Notes under the pieces: model-generated | Database searches by the model: none | The model's input: the letters and a program-made list of their open reading frames with translations, nothing else | What the model was told of the DNA's origin: nothing | In this document: positions 9,601 to 17,791 of the stretch, piece by piece | How the letters are laid out: each line of letters opens with the position of its first letter | Numbering within the stretch: position 1 is the stretch's first letter | Made by a program: the position numbers and the translations under genes | DNA from: Candidatus Sericytochromatia bacterium | Lineage (GTDB): Bacteria > Cyanobacteriota > Sericytochromatia > S15B-MN24 > JAQBPE01 | Assembly (NCBI GenBank): GCA_035285125.1 | Contig: JAYKHR010000012.1 | Location: forward strand, 1 to 38,905 | Direction: 5' to 3' | DNA: 38,905 nucleotides

Positions 9601-11228
9601 GCAGCCGCCACGAGTCGCTGATCGCGCTGTCCAACCAGGCCTTTTACGAGGGCCGCCTGATCGTCTTCCCCAGCCCCGACGCCCACCGCGAGGAGGCCGG
9701 GCTGCGGCTGCGGCACCTGCCTGACGCGATCTACGACCGCGGACGCACGCGGACGAGCCCGCGCGAAGCCGTGGCCGTGGCTGAGGCCGTCATGCAGCAT
9801 GCCCGCGCCCACCCGACGCGCAGCCTCGGCGTGGCAGCCTTCAGCCTGTCGCAGGCCGAGGCCATCCTGGCCGAGCTCGAGCGGCTCCGGCGCGCTTGCC
9901 CCGAGTGCGAGCCCTTCTTCGCCGGGGATGACGCGGCCGGCCGGGAGGAGCCCTTCTTCGTGAAGAACCTCGAGACGGTGCAGGGGGACGAGCGGGACGT
10001 CATCTACATCAGCGTGGGCTACGGCCGCGATGCCGAGGGGCGCGTGAGCGCCAACTTCGGGCCTCTGAACCAGGAGGGCGGCGAGCGGCGCCTCAACGTC
10101 CTGATCACGCGGGCCCGCCTGCGGTGTGAGGTGTTCACGGGCCTCCAGGCGGAGGACATCCCCGAGGGGCCGGGCGAGAGCCTCGGCGTCTCGACCCTGC
10201 GGCGCTTCCTGGCCTATGCCCGGGACGGCCGGTTGGGCGCCGTGCGGGTGGACGACGCGCGGGAGGCTGCGGCTCCCACGCTCGCGGACGAGCTTCACGA
10301 GGTGCTGCAGGCCGCGGGGATCGCGGCAGTGCGGGGGGTGGGCAGCCACGGCGGGCGCCTGGAGCTCGTCGTCGGGGCCAGCGGAGCCGAGGGCCACCAC
10401 CGCCTCGCCGTGCTGTGTGACGGGCCGGAGTACCACCGGGCGGGCCCGGCTGGGGATCGCGACAGGCTGCGGGAGCAGGTCCTCGTGGGCCTGGGCTGGC
10501 AGCTCCACCACGCCTGGAGCGTGGAGTGGCTGCGGCGGCCCGGGCTGGAGCGTCAGCGGCTGCTGGCTGCCGTGGAGCAGGCGCTGACGGTGGCCGCCGC
10601 GCCGGAGGCCCCGCCGCCCATGCCTGGCTTGCCGGAGGTGGACCTGGCGGCGGGCGTCGCGCCCGAGGCCGGGGTGGCGCCCTACCGGGTCGTTGGCCTG
10701 CCTGGCCTCTCAGGCGCCGACCTGGCCAGCCTGGGGGTGCCCGCCATCGCGGAGGCCGTGGCGGAGGTCGTCCGGGGCGAGGGGCCCGTCCACGCCACCG
10801 AGGTGCTGCGGCGCGTCACGCAGGCGGCGGGGCTCAAGCGCGTCACGGTGAAGGCCCGCCAGCTGGTGGACGACGCCGTCGCGTGGCTGGGGCCCGAGGG
10901 CGTCGAGCGGCGGGGGGAGTTCCTCTGGCCCACCGGCCTGGCCGAGGCCCCGCTGCGGGACCGCAGCGGGCTGCCGGCCACCGGCCGGAAGGTGGGCCTG
11001 ATCGCGCCCGAGGAGCTGGCCGGTGCCTTGCAGCTGGTCGTGCGCCGGGCGGGCGGCGCGCGGCCCCGGGAAGCCGCGCTGGAGGCCCTCAAGCTGCTCG
11101 GGCTCGCGAAGCCTGGCGAGGACGCCCTCGCCACCGTGGAGGCCCTGGCTGCCGCGTTGGCGGAGGCCGGCGCCCTCGGGCGGCGCGGGGAGTTCCTGGT
11201 CGAGGCGAGGGCGACCGTCCCCGAGTGA
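6624..11228 (+). CDS. DUF4011 + SF1 (DNA2/NAM7-like) helicase + Vsr/MTES_1575-like + DUF3320-like protein (Hhe-like architecture)
   Basis: N-terminal ELLDLGLRNPMLNFR, LYLALGML, APLLLVPV and KLLMYRDL. Helicase motifs QGPPGTGKSQT, FDEASQ, VVGDKRQMPP, WHYRSRHESLI, VQGDERD and GERRLNVLITRAR. Nuclease-like CDG..YH...RDRLRE.VL..LGW. C-terminal EGPVH winged-helix-like region. Confidence 0.88.
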   Translation: MSTLAATLERARKELLDLGLRNPMLNFRPSRARGLTLEGLPPDVAWQRLIREDKPFSFVEGGPDVDGQAASEGRLLVPMEAEALQQVLLNTQRAARTFLEEQGAQVLYLALGMLAWTEPDRPETRHAPLLLVPVTLLRPHALARFQLRWNQGDLVENLSLAARLAADHGITLPPVAPVEDLVPSRYMAEVAERVAGVGYRVEPEAVSLGLFASSKLLMYRDLDPAALGGHGGQALVAAVLEEGFPAPEALAPVRPQGVVDMDASQAAAVAAVAAGQSLVIQGPPGTGKSQTITNIVAEALRQGKTVLFVAEKLAALEVVRRRLTAVGLGDALLELHSHKASKRELLGELGRTLALPQPRVEASADDEEALHGELRDKLDAYAEAVNTPVGESGVTPHEAITALLRLGREGGEARLPEEAIPLTLAAWTRAEHLRRQALTVELRTLLSAIGALRHHPFAGARVEHVRPGEEAAIAGEVARTRAALQAWLPALKALSEGLGRPCPGSWRGARQLLRALVHLRDAHRLQGVDLGHAGWSAHRDKLEALLEAGAAWAWLRATWGDRVQPGAWDLDHSATRDAVATWGRRWSRSFVGAWRRSQRLLVRHCRGGVPADPADQLAVLDALAQGRRLRQELRQESGLAGLLFGPQWRGEDSTWPELRATAERVWAIQADLAAGELPADFAAWPLPDWLPAAPPPAVGAAETAAVAFDDAWGRLAARLVYSPAGAAPQDEPFEALEARMAGWQAEPERLQDLAAYNRLRLSLRDEQLERLVAVVEQPGGEALVPGLDQRLERAWFEALLERAIRERPALAQFEGNSQMLLRDRFGHLERKVQVHHRSRLAQQHHARLTARSEDRSWVTLRQELAKRTRHLPIRQLVARAGGAIQALKPVFMMSPLSVATYLPAGAVTFDLVVFDEASQVRPVDALGALLRGRQLVVVGDKRQMPPTNFFDSLASNADVPEDEEGLVTEDYESLLGLCEAQGVPQRMLRWHYRSRHESLIALSNQAFYEGRLIVFPSPDAHREEAGLRLRHLPDAIYDRGRTRTSPREAVAVAEAVMQHARAHPTRSLGVAAFSLSQAEAILAELERLRRACPECEPFFAGDDAAGREEPFFVKNLETVQGDERDVIYISVGYGRDAEGRVSANFGPLNQEGGERRLNVLITRARLRCEVFTGLQAEDIPEGPGESLGVSTLRRFLAYARDGRLGAVRVDDAREAAAPTLADELHEVLQAAGIAAVRGVGSHGGRLELVVGASGAEGHHRLAVLCDGPEYHRAGPAGDRDRLREQVLVGLGWQLHHAWSVEWLRRPGLERQRLLAAVEQALTVAAAPEAPPPMPGLPEVDLAAGVAPEAGVAPYRVVGLPGLSGADLASLGVPAIAEAVAEVVRGEGPVHATEVLRRVTQAAGLKRVTVKARQLVDDAVAWLGPEGVERRGEFLWPTGLAEAPLRDRSGLPATGRKVGLIAPEELAGALQLVVRRAGGARPREAALEALKLLGLAKPGEDALATVEALAAALAEAGALGRRGEFLVEARATVPE

Positions 11229-11306
11229 CGACGGGGCCGGGCCTCGGGCGCCCGCCCCGCTGTTGACGGCCGGGGGGGAGCGCCTCAGGGGGCGGCCCCT
11301 CCCCGG

Positions 11307-12185
11307 TCAGTTTGCCGCCCAGAAGTCGTCGGCGCGCTCGTGGTCCTTCGCGAAATCGTAGGGCATGTAGAAGTAGCCGCCGTCCGCCCAGCCCTTGCCC
11401 CACGAGTTGCGCACGATCAGGTGGCGCTGCTGATCGTCGTAGCCGACGGCGAGCACGGCGTGGCCGCCCATGACCTTGTCGCCCTTCTCGGGCATCTTCA
11501 TCACCCCGTCCTTGCCGACCTTGCCGAAGCTCTCGTAGACGAGGAAGCCGAAGGCCACGGTCTTGCCGCGCGCGAGCGTCGCCCGGACGTCATCGAGCTC
11601 GGCGAGCTGGGTGGCCTCCCGGATCCTGTACTCCGAGGCCGACGCGTAGGCGGGCTTCGTGGGCTTTACCTTGAATTTGGGCACGTCGTAGGGCCAGGTC
11701 TCGTCCGTGGCACAGCCCACGGCCTTGAGCACCGTCATCCCCTCGGTGATGGTCGAGCCGGAGTCCTTCTTGACCGTGCCCTGCCGGGCGCGCTCCTCGT
11801 AGTACAGGAACAGGGCTGACAGGGGGGCGATGCGCTCGTCGTCGCGCCGCTGCATGTGCTCGCGCATCCCCTTGCCCATCGCGAAGGCCGTGCAGGCGCC
11901 GAGGTCCCCCTGGTCGTAGACGGGGCCGTCGTGCTCGCGCAGGTCGACGCGCGTGGGCAGCAGGCCCTGGCGGGGCATCCGGCGCGGCTTGGCCTTCGGC
12001 GCGAACACGGTCTTGTAGCGTTCCCAGCCGTAGTCGAGCTTGCGGCCCTTCGGGCCCGCCTTGGCCTCGAAGTTGCCGCTGGTGAGGCCGTTGCCCCTGA
12101 CCGCGACCATCGGGCCCGCCTGCCCACAGGCGCTCAGCGTCGCCGCGAGCACCAGGCCGAACACGCCCCGCCGGGATGCCTTCAT
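11307..12185 (-). CDS. C1 (papain) family cysteine peptidase, lipoprotein
   Basis: DQGDLGACTAFA (Gln/Cys), GGHAVLAVGY (His) and RNSWG (Asn). Lipobox LSAC. GGAGG RBS before ATG 12185. Confidence 0.92.
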   Translation of the reverse strand: MKASRRGVFGLVLAATLSACGQAGPMVAVRGNGLTSGNFEAKAGPKGRKLDYGWERYKTVFAPKAKPRRMPRQGLLPTRVDLREHDGPVYDQGDLGACTAFAMGKGMREHMQRRDDERIAPLSALFLYYEERARQGTVKKDSGSTITEGMTVLKAVGCATDETWPYDVPKFKVKPTKPAYASASEYRIREATQLAELDDVRATLARGKTVAFGFLVYESFGKVGKDGVMKMPEKGDKVMGGHAVLAVGYDDQQRHLIVRNSWGKGWADGGYFYMPYDFAKDHERADDFWAAN

Positions 12186-12328
12186 GCCGTTCCTCCACCA
12201 GCGGTCGGCCCCTGAGGCCCCCCGCGCGACCACACGCCTTCAATATAGCTTTCTCGGTTCATTACCTTGCTTTAAGATTGCGTGATGGAGTTGGACGCAA
12301 GCCCGCGTCCGTCGAGGAGGCCACCGCC

Positions 12329-13747
12329 ATGACCCGTCGCTGCACCCTGATCACGACCGTCGCCTGCTTGCTGCTGAGCGGCTGTGCGGCGCTGCAGCAG
12401 GCGGTGGCCGACGGCGATCGCCCGCCCGGTTGGCCGCGCGTCGCCAGCCAGCCTCGGCCCGTGCCGGTCCGCCTCCACGCGCTGCCCGGCGGCCTCGACG
12501 ACACGCTCGTTTTCAACAGCAACAACCCGGAGATCGTCACGGAGGCCGGCGTCACCCTCTCCACGGCGCCCTCTCCCGCCGGGCTCGGCGAGCCCTTCCA
12601 AGGCCGCTTCGCCGTGTTCTCGCACCACATCGCCCGGGACACCCGCCCCGGTGCCCGGCTGCTGCGGCTCGGGCTCCTCGCGCACAACGCGTCGCCCCGG
12701 CCCGTGACGCTCTGGCTGAAGCAGGGCGCAAGCTGGCTGAGCCAGCCCGAGGCGCCCTTCGTGCGGCTCGCCCCCCTGCTGCCCGACCCTGCGGGCAGCC
12801 TCTGGGCCGGGCCCGGCGACCGTGTTGCCGCCGACATGCTGCACGGGCGGTCCCCGCTGGCCCCCACCTCGTGGGAGCTGCCACCGCGGGCCACGCGGCT
12901 GCTGCTGGACCTCCCGCTGCCGACGGACGTCGCCATCCCGCCCCCCATCAACGGGCGCACGACCATGCTGCGCCTCGAGGCCAGCGGCCCCGTGCACCTC
13001 TCGGAGGTGGCGGCCTTCGCGCCGGCGGACGGGCAGGGCGGGTTCGGTCCCGTCCCCCAGGCGGCCTTCGAGGCGGTGCTGGCGGGCGGTCGGCGGGCAG
13101 GGCCGTCGGAGGCCCCTGCCACGGACGTTCTGCCAGATGGGCCGGTGCCTGCCGGCTTTCGGTATGGCCGGGTGGGTGGCGTGACCGTCGGGGATGCCTG
13201 GCGGGGCGACCTCTCCCCCCTCGTGGCCGCGCTGCCGGCCGGTGCCCGCCTCGGCGTGCCGATCGCCAGCGTCCACCTGAGCCGGCTGGGGACCGCGCGC
13301 AGCCAGAGCGCCCCGATGCGCGTGCGCTACCCTGGGGCCGCCCCCGCGGGGCACGGCAACTACGGCGTGACCTACGCGCTCGAGCTCGCGCTGCGCAACC
13401 CGGATCAGGCCCCCCGCGCCTACGCGCTGCGGCTCAGCCACCCCGTTCGGGTGGAGGGAGGGGGCGAGGTGCGGACGGCCGTGTACCTGGCTCCGCCCGA
13501 GCCCGCCGTCACCTTCCGGGGCGCCGTGCGGGTGGACGAGGTGGCCGGGGCGTCGCCCTCGTCACGGTTCACGCATGTCGTCTTGCGGCGAGGCCAGGAC
13601 CTCCCGCCCTTCGAGGTGCTCGCCGTCCCCGGCGGGGCGACGCGAACCTTGCGGGTCTCGCTGGTCTACCCGGCCGATGCGACGCCCCCCCAGTTGCTGA
13701 CGGTCGAACGCCTGGCGGAGCCCCAGCGCTCGAACGACAGCCCCTAG
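12329..13747 (+). CDS. DUF3370 family lipoprotein
   Basis: LPGGLDDTLVFNSNNPE, FSHH, GPGDRVA, YGRVGGV, HGNYGVTY and YPADATPPQLLTV, recalled as DUF3370 motifs. Lipobox LSGC; GAGGAGG RBS. Confidence 0.8.
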   Translation: MTRRCTLITTVACLLLSGCAALQQAVADGDRPPGWPRVASQPRPVPVRLHALPGGLDDTLVFNSNNPEIVTEAGVTLSTAPSPAGLGEPFQGRFAVFSHHIARDTRPGARLLRLGLLAHNASPRPVTLWLKQGASWLSQPEAPFVRLAPLLPDPAGSLWAGPGDRVAADMLHGRSPLAPTSWELPPRATRLLLDLPLPTDVAIPPPINGRTTMLRLEASGPVHLSEVAAFAPADGQGGFGPVPQAAFEAVLAGGRRAGPSEAPATDVLPDGPVPAGFRYGRVGGVTVGDAWRGDLSPLVAALPAGARLGVPIASVHLSRLGTARSQSAPMRVRYPGAAPAGHGNYGVTYALELALRNPDQAPRAYALRLSHPVRVEGGGEVRTAVYLAPPEPAVTFRGAVRVDEVAGASPSSRFTHVVLRRGQDLPPFEVLAVPGGATRTLRVSLVYPADATPPQLLTVERLAEPQRSNDSP

Positions 13748-13853
13748 AGTGGCATAACGCCAACCTTTCAGGGTTTTGTGAGGCCCGTCACCGGGTACGA
13801 AAGGCTCGTCCAAAAAGGTGGCCCCGGCCACCGCCTCCCCGGGAGACGCTGCC

Positions 13854-14507
13854 ATGTCGCGCCTGGCTTCCCTGCTCGCCACGCCCACCCTGCTGCTGAC
13901 GCTCTCCGCGCCGGCGCTGGCCCAGAGCGTCTACCACCTCGAGCGCGATGGCCGAAGCAATGCGTCGGCCTGGAACAAGGCTGCCGACCGGGGCATGGCC
14001 CACGTGAAGCCCCTGGAGGGCATCTACCACACGATGCTGGAGAACGACGTTAACCTCCACGCCTTCGCCTGGCGCGATGGCCACACGACGGTCGACGGCC
14101 AGCCCACCTACAGCGTGCAGTGCAGCATCCACCGCCAACCCCGGCGCTACACGCGGATCCCGGACCTGGACGTCACGAACCAGGTGTCGATCGCGACGGA
14201 GGTGCGCAACCTCGAGTGGCGCATCCCGATGGTCGCCGTGACCTACCACGTGTTCCCGGCCCACGGCAACGTCACGACGGACGCCCCCTTGGCCGTCATC
14301 TCCGGCCGTGATCCGCGCGACGGCTTCAAGGCGAGCGTCTCCAGCCTGCCCAACCGGCACCTGAAGATCAAGGCCTTCGTCCAGTACGAGGGCGTCGATG
14401 CGGGGCGGCCCTACGACTTCCAGCGCACCTACACGTTTCAGGCCCCCACCATCGACGTGGTGGACGGGCGGCATGAACCCTACGAGATGTACCACTGGTT
14501 CTGGTAG
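13854..14507 (+). CDS. Hypothetical secreted protein
   Basis: Signal peptide ending ALA-Q, GC3-rich codons, GGAG RBS, and a strong terminator downstream. Confidence 0.75.
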   Translation: MSRLASLLATPTLLLTLSAPALAQSVYHLERDGRSNASAWNKAADRGMAHVKPLEGIYHTMLENDVNLHAFAWRDGHTTVDGQPTYSVQCSIHRQPRRYTRIPDLDVTNQVSIATEVRNLEWRIPMVAVTYHVFPAHGNVTTDAPLAVISGRDPRDGFKASVSSLPNRHLKIKAFVQYEGVDAGRPYDFQRTYTFQAPTIDVVDGRHEPYEMYHWFW

Positions 14508-14543
14508 ACCGGTCCGGGGTTCTTCGTGGACCACGGCTCGACG

Positions 14544-14579
14544 CAAGGGCGCCGCTCGGGGGAGCGGCGCCCTTGTTTT
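14544..14579 (+). terminator. Intrinsic terminator between convergent genes
   Basis: Perfect 14-bp stem CAAGGGCGCCGCTC-GGGG-GAGCGGCGCCCTTG followed by TTTT. Confidence 0.85.
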
Positions 14580-14589
14580 CAGGCGGTGG

Positions 14590-15576
14590 CTACTCCAGCG
14601 TCCAGCACTCGCCGTAGAAGTAGGAGCCCACGTAGGACGAGGTGAAGAACGCGTAGGGCATCCAGAAGTGGCCCTTGTAGCCCCAGTCGGTGCCCCAGGA
14701 GTTGCGGATCAGGAAGGCCTGCTTCTCGTCGTCATAGCCGACGGCCACGACGGCGTGCCCGCCCTGGATGGCCTCGCGGCGCCCTGGCATCGGCATCAGC
14801 CCGGTCTTGGCGACCTCGCGCGTCATGAACGAGTCGTAGAGGATGATCGGCAGCAGGAAGGGCTTCTTCGCCGCGAGGGCGGCCTTCATCCCCTGCAGGG
14901 TCTTGATGCGCGCCTTCTTCTTCAGGCGGTGGGGCTCCGCCGCCTCGAAGTGGGCGGCGGTGGCGTCGTAGCCCAGGCCCTCCTTGCCGTCGGCGTAAGG
15001 CACCAGCTTCTCGGGCGCGGCGCCGATCTTGACGGCCGTCGCGGCGGCCAGCGACATGAAGGCCCCCGTGTCCTTGCGGGTCGCCTGCCGCACGCCGTCC
15101 TGCTCCATGGCCTGGCGCTCGGCGTAGTAGAAGAACAGCGGCGAGAGGCGCTCGGCGCCGCGCTTGCCGTGGAGGTGGTGCATCGCCTCCATCACCGCCG
15201 TCGCGGCGAAGGCCGAGCACGAGCCCAGGGCCCCCTGGTTGCGCACGGGCTCGAAGTGGGGCCGCAGATCCACGGCCTTCGGGAGGCTCCGACCCTTGCC
15301 GCCCATGATCGAGACGCCGAGAAGATCCTGCTCCTCGACGCTCAGCACGTCCGCCACGTCTTCCTTGGCCCGGCGGTTGCCCGGCTCGGGCAGCAGGCCC
15401 GCCACGATCATCCCGATGGGCGTCTTCAGGTGGCGCAGCTCGCGCGGGGCCCCCTGGGCCTCGAGCGAGCCAGCCCCGACGAGGGCGCCCGTGACCCGCT
15501 GGCTCGCCTGGCCGCAGCCTGCCAGGCCGAGGGCGAGCGTCAGGGTGATGGGCAGCAGGGAGCGGAGGCGCAGCAT
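14590..15576 (-). CDS. C1 (papain) family cysteine peptidase, lipoprotein (second paralog)
   Basis: NQGALGSCSAFA, GGHAVVAVGY and RNSWG. Lipobox LAGC. GAGGAG RBS before ATG 15576. Confidence 0.92.
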   Translation of the reverse strand: MLRLRSLLPITLTLALGLAGCGQASQRVTGALVGAGSLEAQGAPRELRHLKTPIGMIVAGLLPEPGNRRAKEDVADVLSVEEQDLLGVSIMGGKGRSLPKAVDLRPHFEPVRNQGALGSCSAFAATAVMEAMHHLHGKRGAERLSPLFFYYAERQAMEQDGVRQATRKDTGAFMSLAAATAVKIGAAPEKLVPYADGKEGLGYDATAAHFEAAEPHRLKKKARIKTLQGMKAALAAKKPFLLPIILYDSFMTREVAKTGLMPMPGRREAIQGGHAVVAVGYDDEKQAFLIRNSWGTDWGYKGHFWMPYAFFTSSYVGSYFYGECWTLE

Positions 15577-15687
15577 CTTGGACTCCTCACGGGCAGCACG
15601 GTGTTCAAGAGCTGTATCGCCCCTGCGGCCCCGGAAGATGCCGGGCTTAAACATGTTTTTGCGAGCTGTTAACCCTCACCCACCCCG

Positions 15688-16089
15688 TCAGCCCCAGGCG
15701 TCCTCCTCCACGAAGAGGGCGTGGGGGTGCTCCGCGTAGCGGGCCGTCCAGTCCTCGCCTTCCTCCGACAGCACGCGGCAGGGGAAGGCCTGGAGGAACC
15801 AAGCCACCACGGGCTCCAGCGTGGCCAGGATCTCGCGCGGGGCGTCTTGCCAGATCTCCACGGCCGCCGGGTGCAGCGTCACGAGCCCCTGGGTCTCGAG
15901 GGAGACCCCCGGCTGCTGCTGCAGGCGGGACGCGAGCCAGCGCGCCATGCCCGCGTCCGCGGCGATGACCCAGGTGCGGTCGCGCGGATCCGGATGCCGG
16001 AAGGCCGCCGGCACCAGCTGCAGCCTGGCCTCGAGGGCCTCGGCAAACGCCGCGTCGGGTGGGGGGATCAGGAAGTAGTGGACTTGCAT
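15688..16089 (-). CDS. Hypothetical protein (133 aa)
   Basis: Globular-looking composition, GC3-rich codons, and it fills the gap in a run of minus-strand genes. Confidence 0.7.
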   Translation of the reverse strand: MQVHYFLIPPPDAAFAEALEARLQLVPAAFRHPDPRDRTWVIAADAGMARWLASRLQQQPGVSLETQGLVTLHPAAVEIWQDAPREILATLEPVVAWFLQAFPCRVLSEEGEDWTARYAEHPHALFVEEDAWG

Positions 16090-16208
16090 GCGCGCCCTTG
16101 AGGCCTCGGGGTCGGGCAGCTGCCTGGCGCCCGCCCCAAGTTTACGCCATCGGACGGGGCCGCGCCGGGCTCACTCCCCCCGGGCCAGGCCCCGCGGCGC
16201 CCGCCCTG

Positions 16209-16742
16209 TCACACGGGGTGCCCGAGGATCAGGGCCGCGGCCTCCCGCAGCGAGCCCACCCGGTGGTCGGGCGGTGCTGGCAGGGCCTCCTCGTAGCCGT
16301 GGTCCACCAGGTAGGTCCGGCACCCGACGCGACGGCCGGCCTCGACGTCCCGCCAGCGGTCGCCCACCAGCGCCGAGCCCGCCAGCGAGAGCCCAAAGGT
16401 GCTTGCCGCCTCCAGCAGCATCCCGGGCTCCGGCTTGCGACACGCGCAGCCGGCGTCGTCGTCGTGGTAGCAGGCCAGGATGGCGTCGAGGGGCAGCTGG
16501 GCCCGCAGCGACGCGTGGATGGCCTCGACGGTGGCCCTTTCGATCACGCCGCGCGGCACATCGGGCTGGTTCGTGACCACGATCAGCAGGTGGCCGGCCC
16601 GATGCAGGGCGTCGAGCGCCTCCGGCACGCCCGGCAACACCTCCAGCGCCTCTGGCGACGCCGGCGACCGGGGCAGGCCGTCGCGCACCTCGGCCCGGTT
16701 GATCACCCCGTCCCGGTCCAGAAACACCGCGGTTCTCGTCAC
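16209..16742 (-). CDS. gmhB: HAD-IIIA phosphatase, GmhB-like (D-glycero-manno-heptose bisphosphate phosphatase family)
   Basis: AVFLDRDGVIN, VVTNQPD, CYH...CACRKPEPGML and VGDRWRDVEAG. GTG start chosen after GAGG; ATG 16763 is an alternative. Confidence 0.8.
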   Translation of the reverse strand: MTRTAVFLDRDGVINRAEVRDGLPRSPASPEALEVLPGVPEALDALHRAGHLLIVVTNQPDVPRGVIERATVEAIHASLRAQLPLDAILACYHDDDAGCACRKPEPGMLLEAASTFGLSLAGSALVGDRWRDVEAGRRVGCRTYLVDHGYEEALPAPPDHRVGSLREAAALILGHPV

Positions 16743-16895
16743 GTGCGCCTCGCGCTTGCCCATCAAGGCCCTGAGTACCTCGGGACCGTGCCTGCGACGC
16801 CGCAGGCGGCCGAGGGCGGCCAGGAAGCCCCATCTTACAGCCGCGCGGCCGCTCGGGGTGTGACGGGCCGCGACGGCGGGCCTCGCCACCTGGCC

Positions 16896-17660
16896 TCAGC
16901 GCAGGTTGGCGTGCGTCCGGCCAGCCAGGTCGTCGAGGAAGCGCTTGCCGGCGGGCGACGCCGCAGGGAACGGGTTCCGCGCGTCGGAGGCCCACTTGGG
17001 CAGCGCGTTGCCGGCGAAGTCGACCTTGAAGGCCTCGTTGTTGAAGTCGTGGCCGCTGGCCCCCGGGGGGTAGAGCACGGCAATGCTGAGGTGCGGCGCA
17101 GGCCGGTGGCGGCTCGTCGGATCCCCCTCGGGCTTGATGCGGACCATGCCGCCGTCCCGGTGCGTCCAGATCTCCATCGGCACGGCTTTGCCCGTCGTCG
17201 GGTTCACCACGGGCTTGCCCGTGCGGACGTCCGTGATGTGCGCCATCTCCTGGACGAAGCCGCGCCGCGTGAGCTCCGTGCGGACCTCGGCGGCCGTGCG
17301 GTTGCGCAGGTCCAGCTGCTTGACCGAGCCGCCCAGCGTGCCGGCGGCGAAGGCCTTGATGGCCTGCTCGGTCCGTGGCGTCAGCTGCGTGTTCCAGATC
17401 AGGCCGGGGTTGCGGGCCACGAGCTCCGCAAAGCCCAGGTTCTGGTCGGCGAGGGCCCGCGCCGGGACGCTGGCCGGGGCCCCGACCGCGGCGCGGTTCA
17501 GCAGGCCCGTGCCGCGGCGGACGCTCTTCACGAACGCGTCGCCCTCGGCCTGCAGGGCCTTCGCGGGGGCCGGCTTCGCCACCCGCTCGGTCAGGGCGGC
17601 GCGGGGCTCGGCCTTGAAGGCCCGGGCGATGTTCAATTTGGAGAGCAGGTCGAGCGCCAT
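16896..17660 (-). CDS. Hypothetical protein: low-complexity N-terminus plus toxin/nuclease-like C-terminal domain
   Basis: Ala/Lys/Pro-rich N-terminus without a Sec signal. The C-terminal WTHRDGGMVRIKPEG...RPAPH...NEAFKVD...GNALPK looks like a small catalytic domain. The CDS is well supported; the function is speculative. Confidence 0.7.
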   Translation of the reverse strand: MALDLLSKLNIARAFKAEPRAALTERVAKPAPAKALQAEGDAFVKSVRRGTGLLNRAAVGAPASVPARALADQNLGFAELVARNPGLIWNTQLTPRTEQAIKAFAAGTLGGSVKQLDLRNRTAAEVRTELTRRGFVQEMAHITDVRTGKPVVNPTTGKAVPMEIWTHRDGGMVRIKPEGDPTSRHRPAPHLSIAVLYPPGASGHDFNNEAFKVDFAGNALPKWASDARNPFPAASPAGKRFLDDLAGRTHANLR

Positions 17661-17712
17661 CTCTGCCGGTCCCTGGTTCAGGCGAGTCTCCTCGCCGGCC
17701 TCACGTTGAGTG

Positions 17713-17739
17713 TTATGGGCCTGGCGGTGGCGAAGCTGA
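17713..17739 (-). promoter_or_regulatory. sigma28-like promoter
   Basis: Minus strand reads TCAG-N15-GCCCATAA, the same spacing as TCAA-N15-GCCGATAC before flagellin 2. Confidence 0.45.
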
Positions 17740-17791
17740 CGGCGCGAGGGCCAGTCTTAACGCACTTTTAAATGGTTCGGGCCGGCGGGCG

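Noticed and set aside
6363..10511. 1382-aa minus-strand ORF and other long antisense or alternate-frame ORFs (e.g. 20894-24046, 32945-35800, 29670-32045, 657-2039)
   Set aside because: These are shadow ORFs of motif-bearing genes in high-GC DNA. They are Arg/Pro/Gly-rich with no recognisable motifs.
12293..12310. GGACGCAAGCC (and GGCGTTACCG near 32941) as c-di-GMP-I riboswitch fragments
   Set aside because: The GCAAA/GAAA tetraloop stem and the remaining architecture are missing. The first is simply a small hairpin.
15614..15650. GGCGATA boxes before peptidase 2 and at 25508 as sigma28 promoters
   Set aside because: There is no TCAA/TAAA-like -35 at 15-16 nt spacing.
15688..16089. 133-aa gene as the immunity protein for the toxin-like ORF
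   Set aside because: It is separated from that ORF by gmhB and intergenic gaps, and has no recognisable immunity motif.
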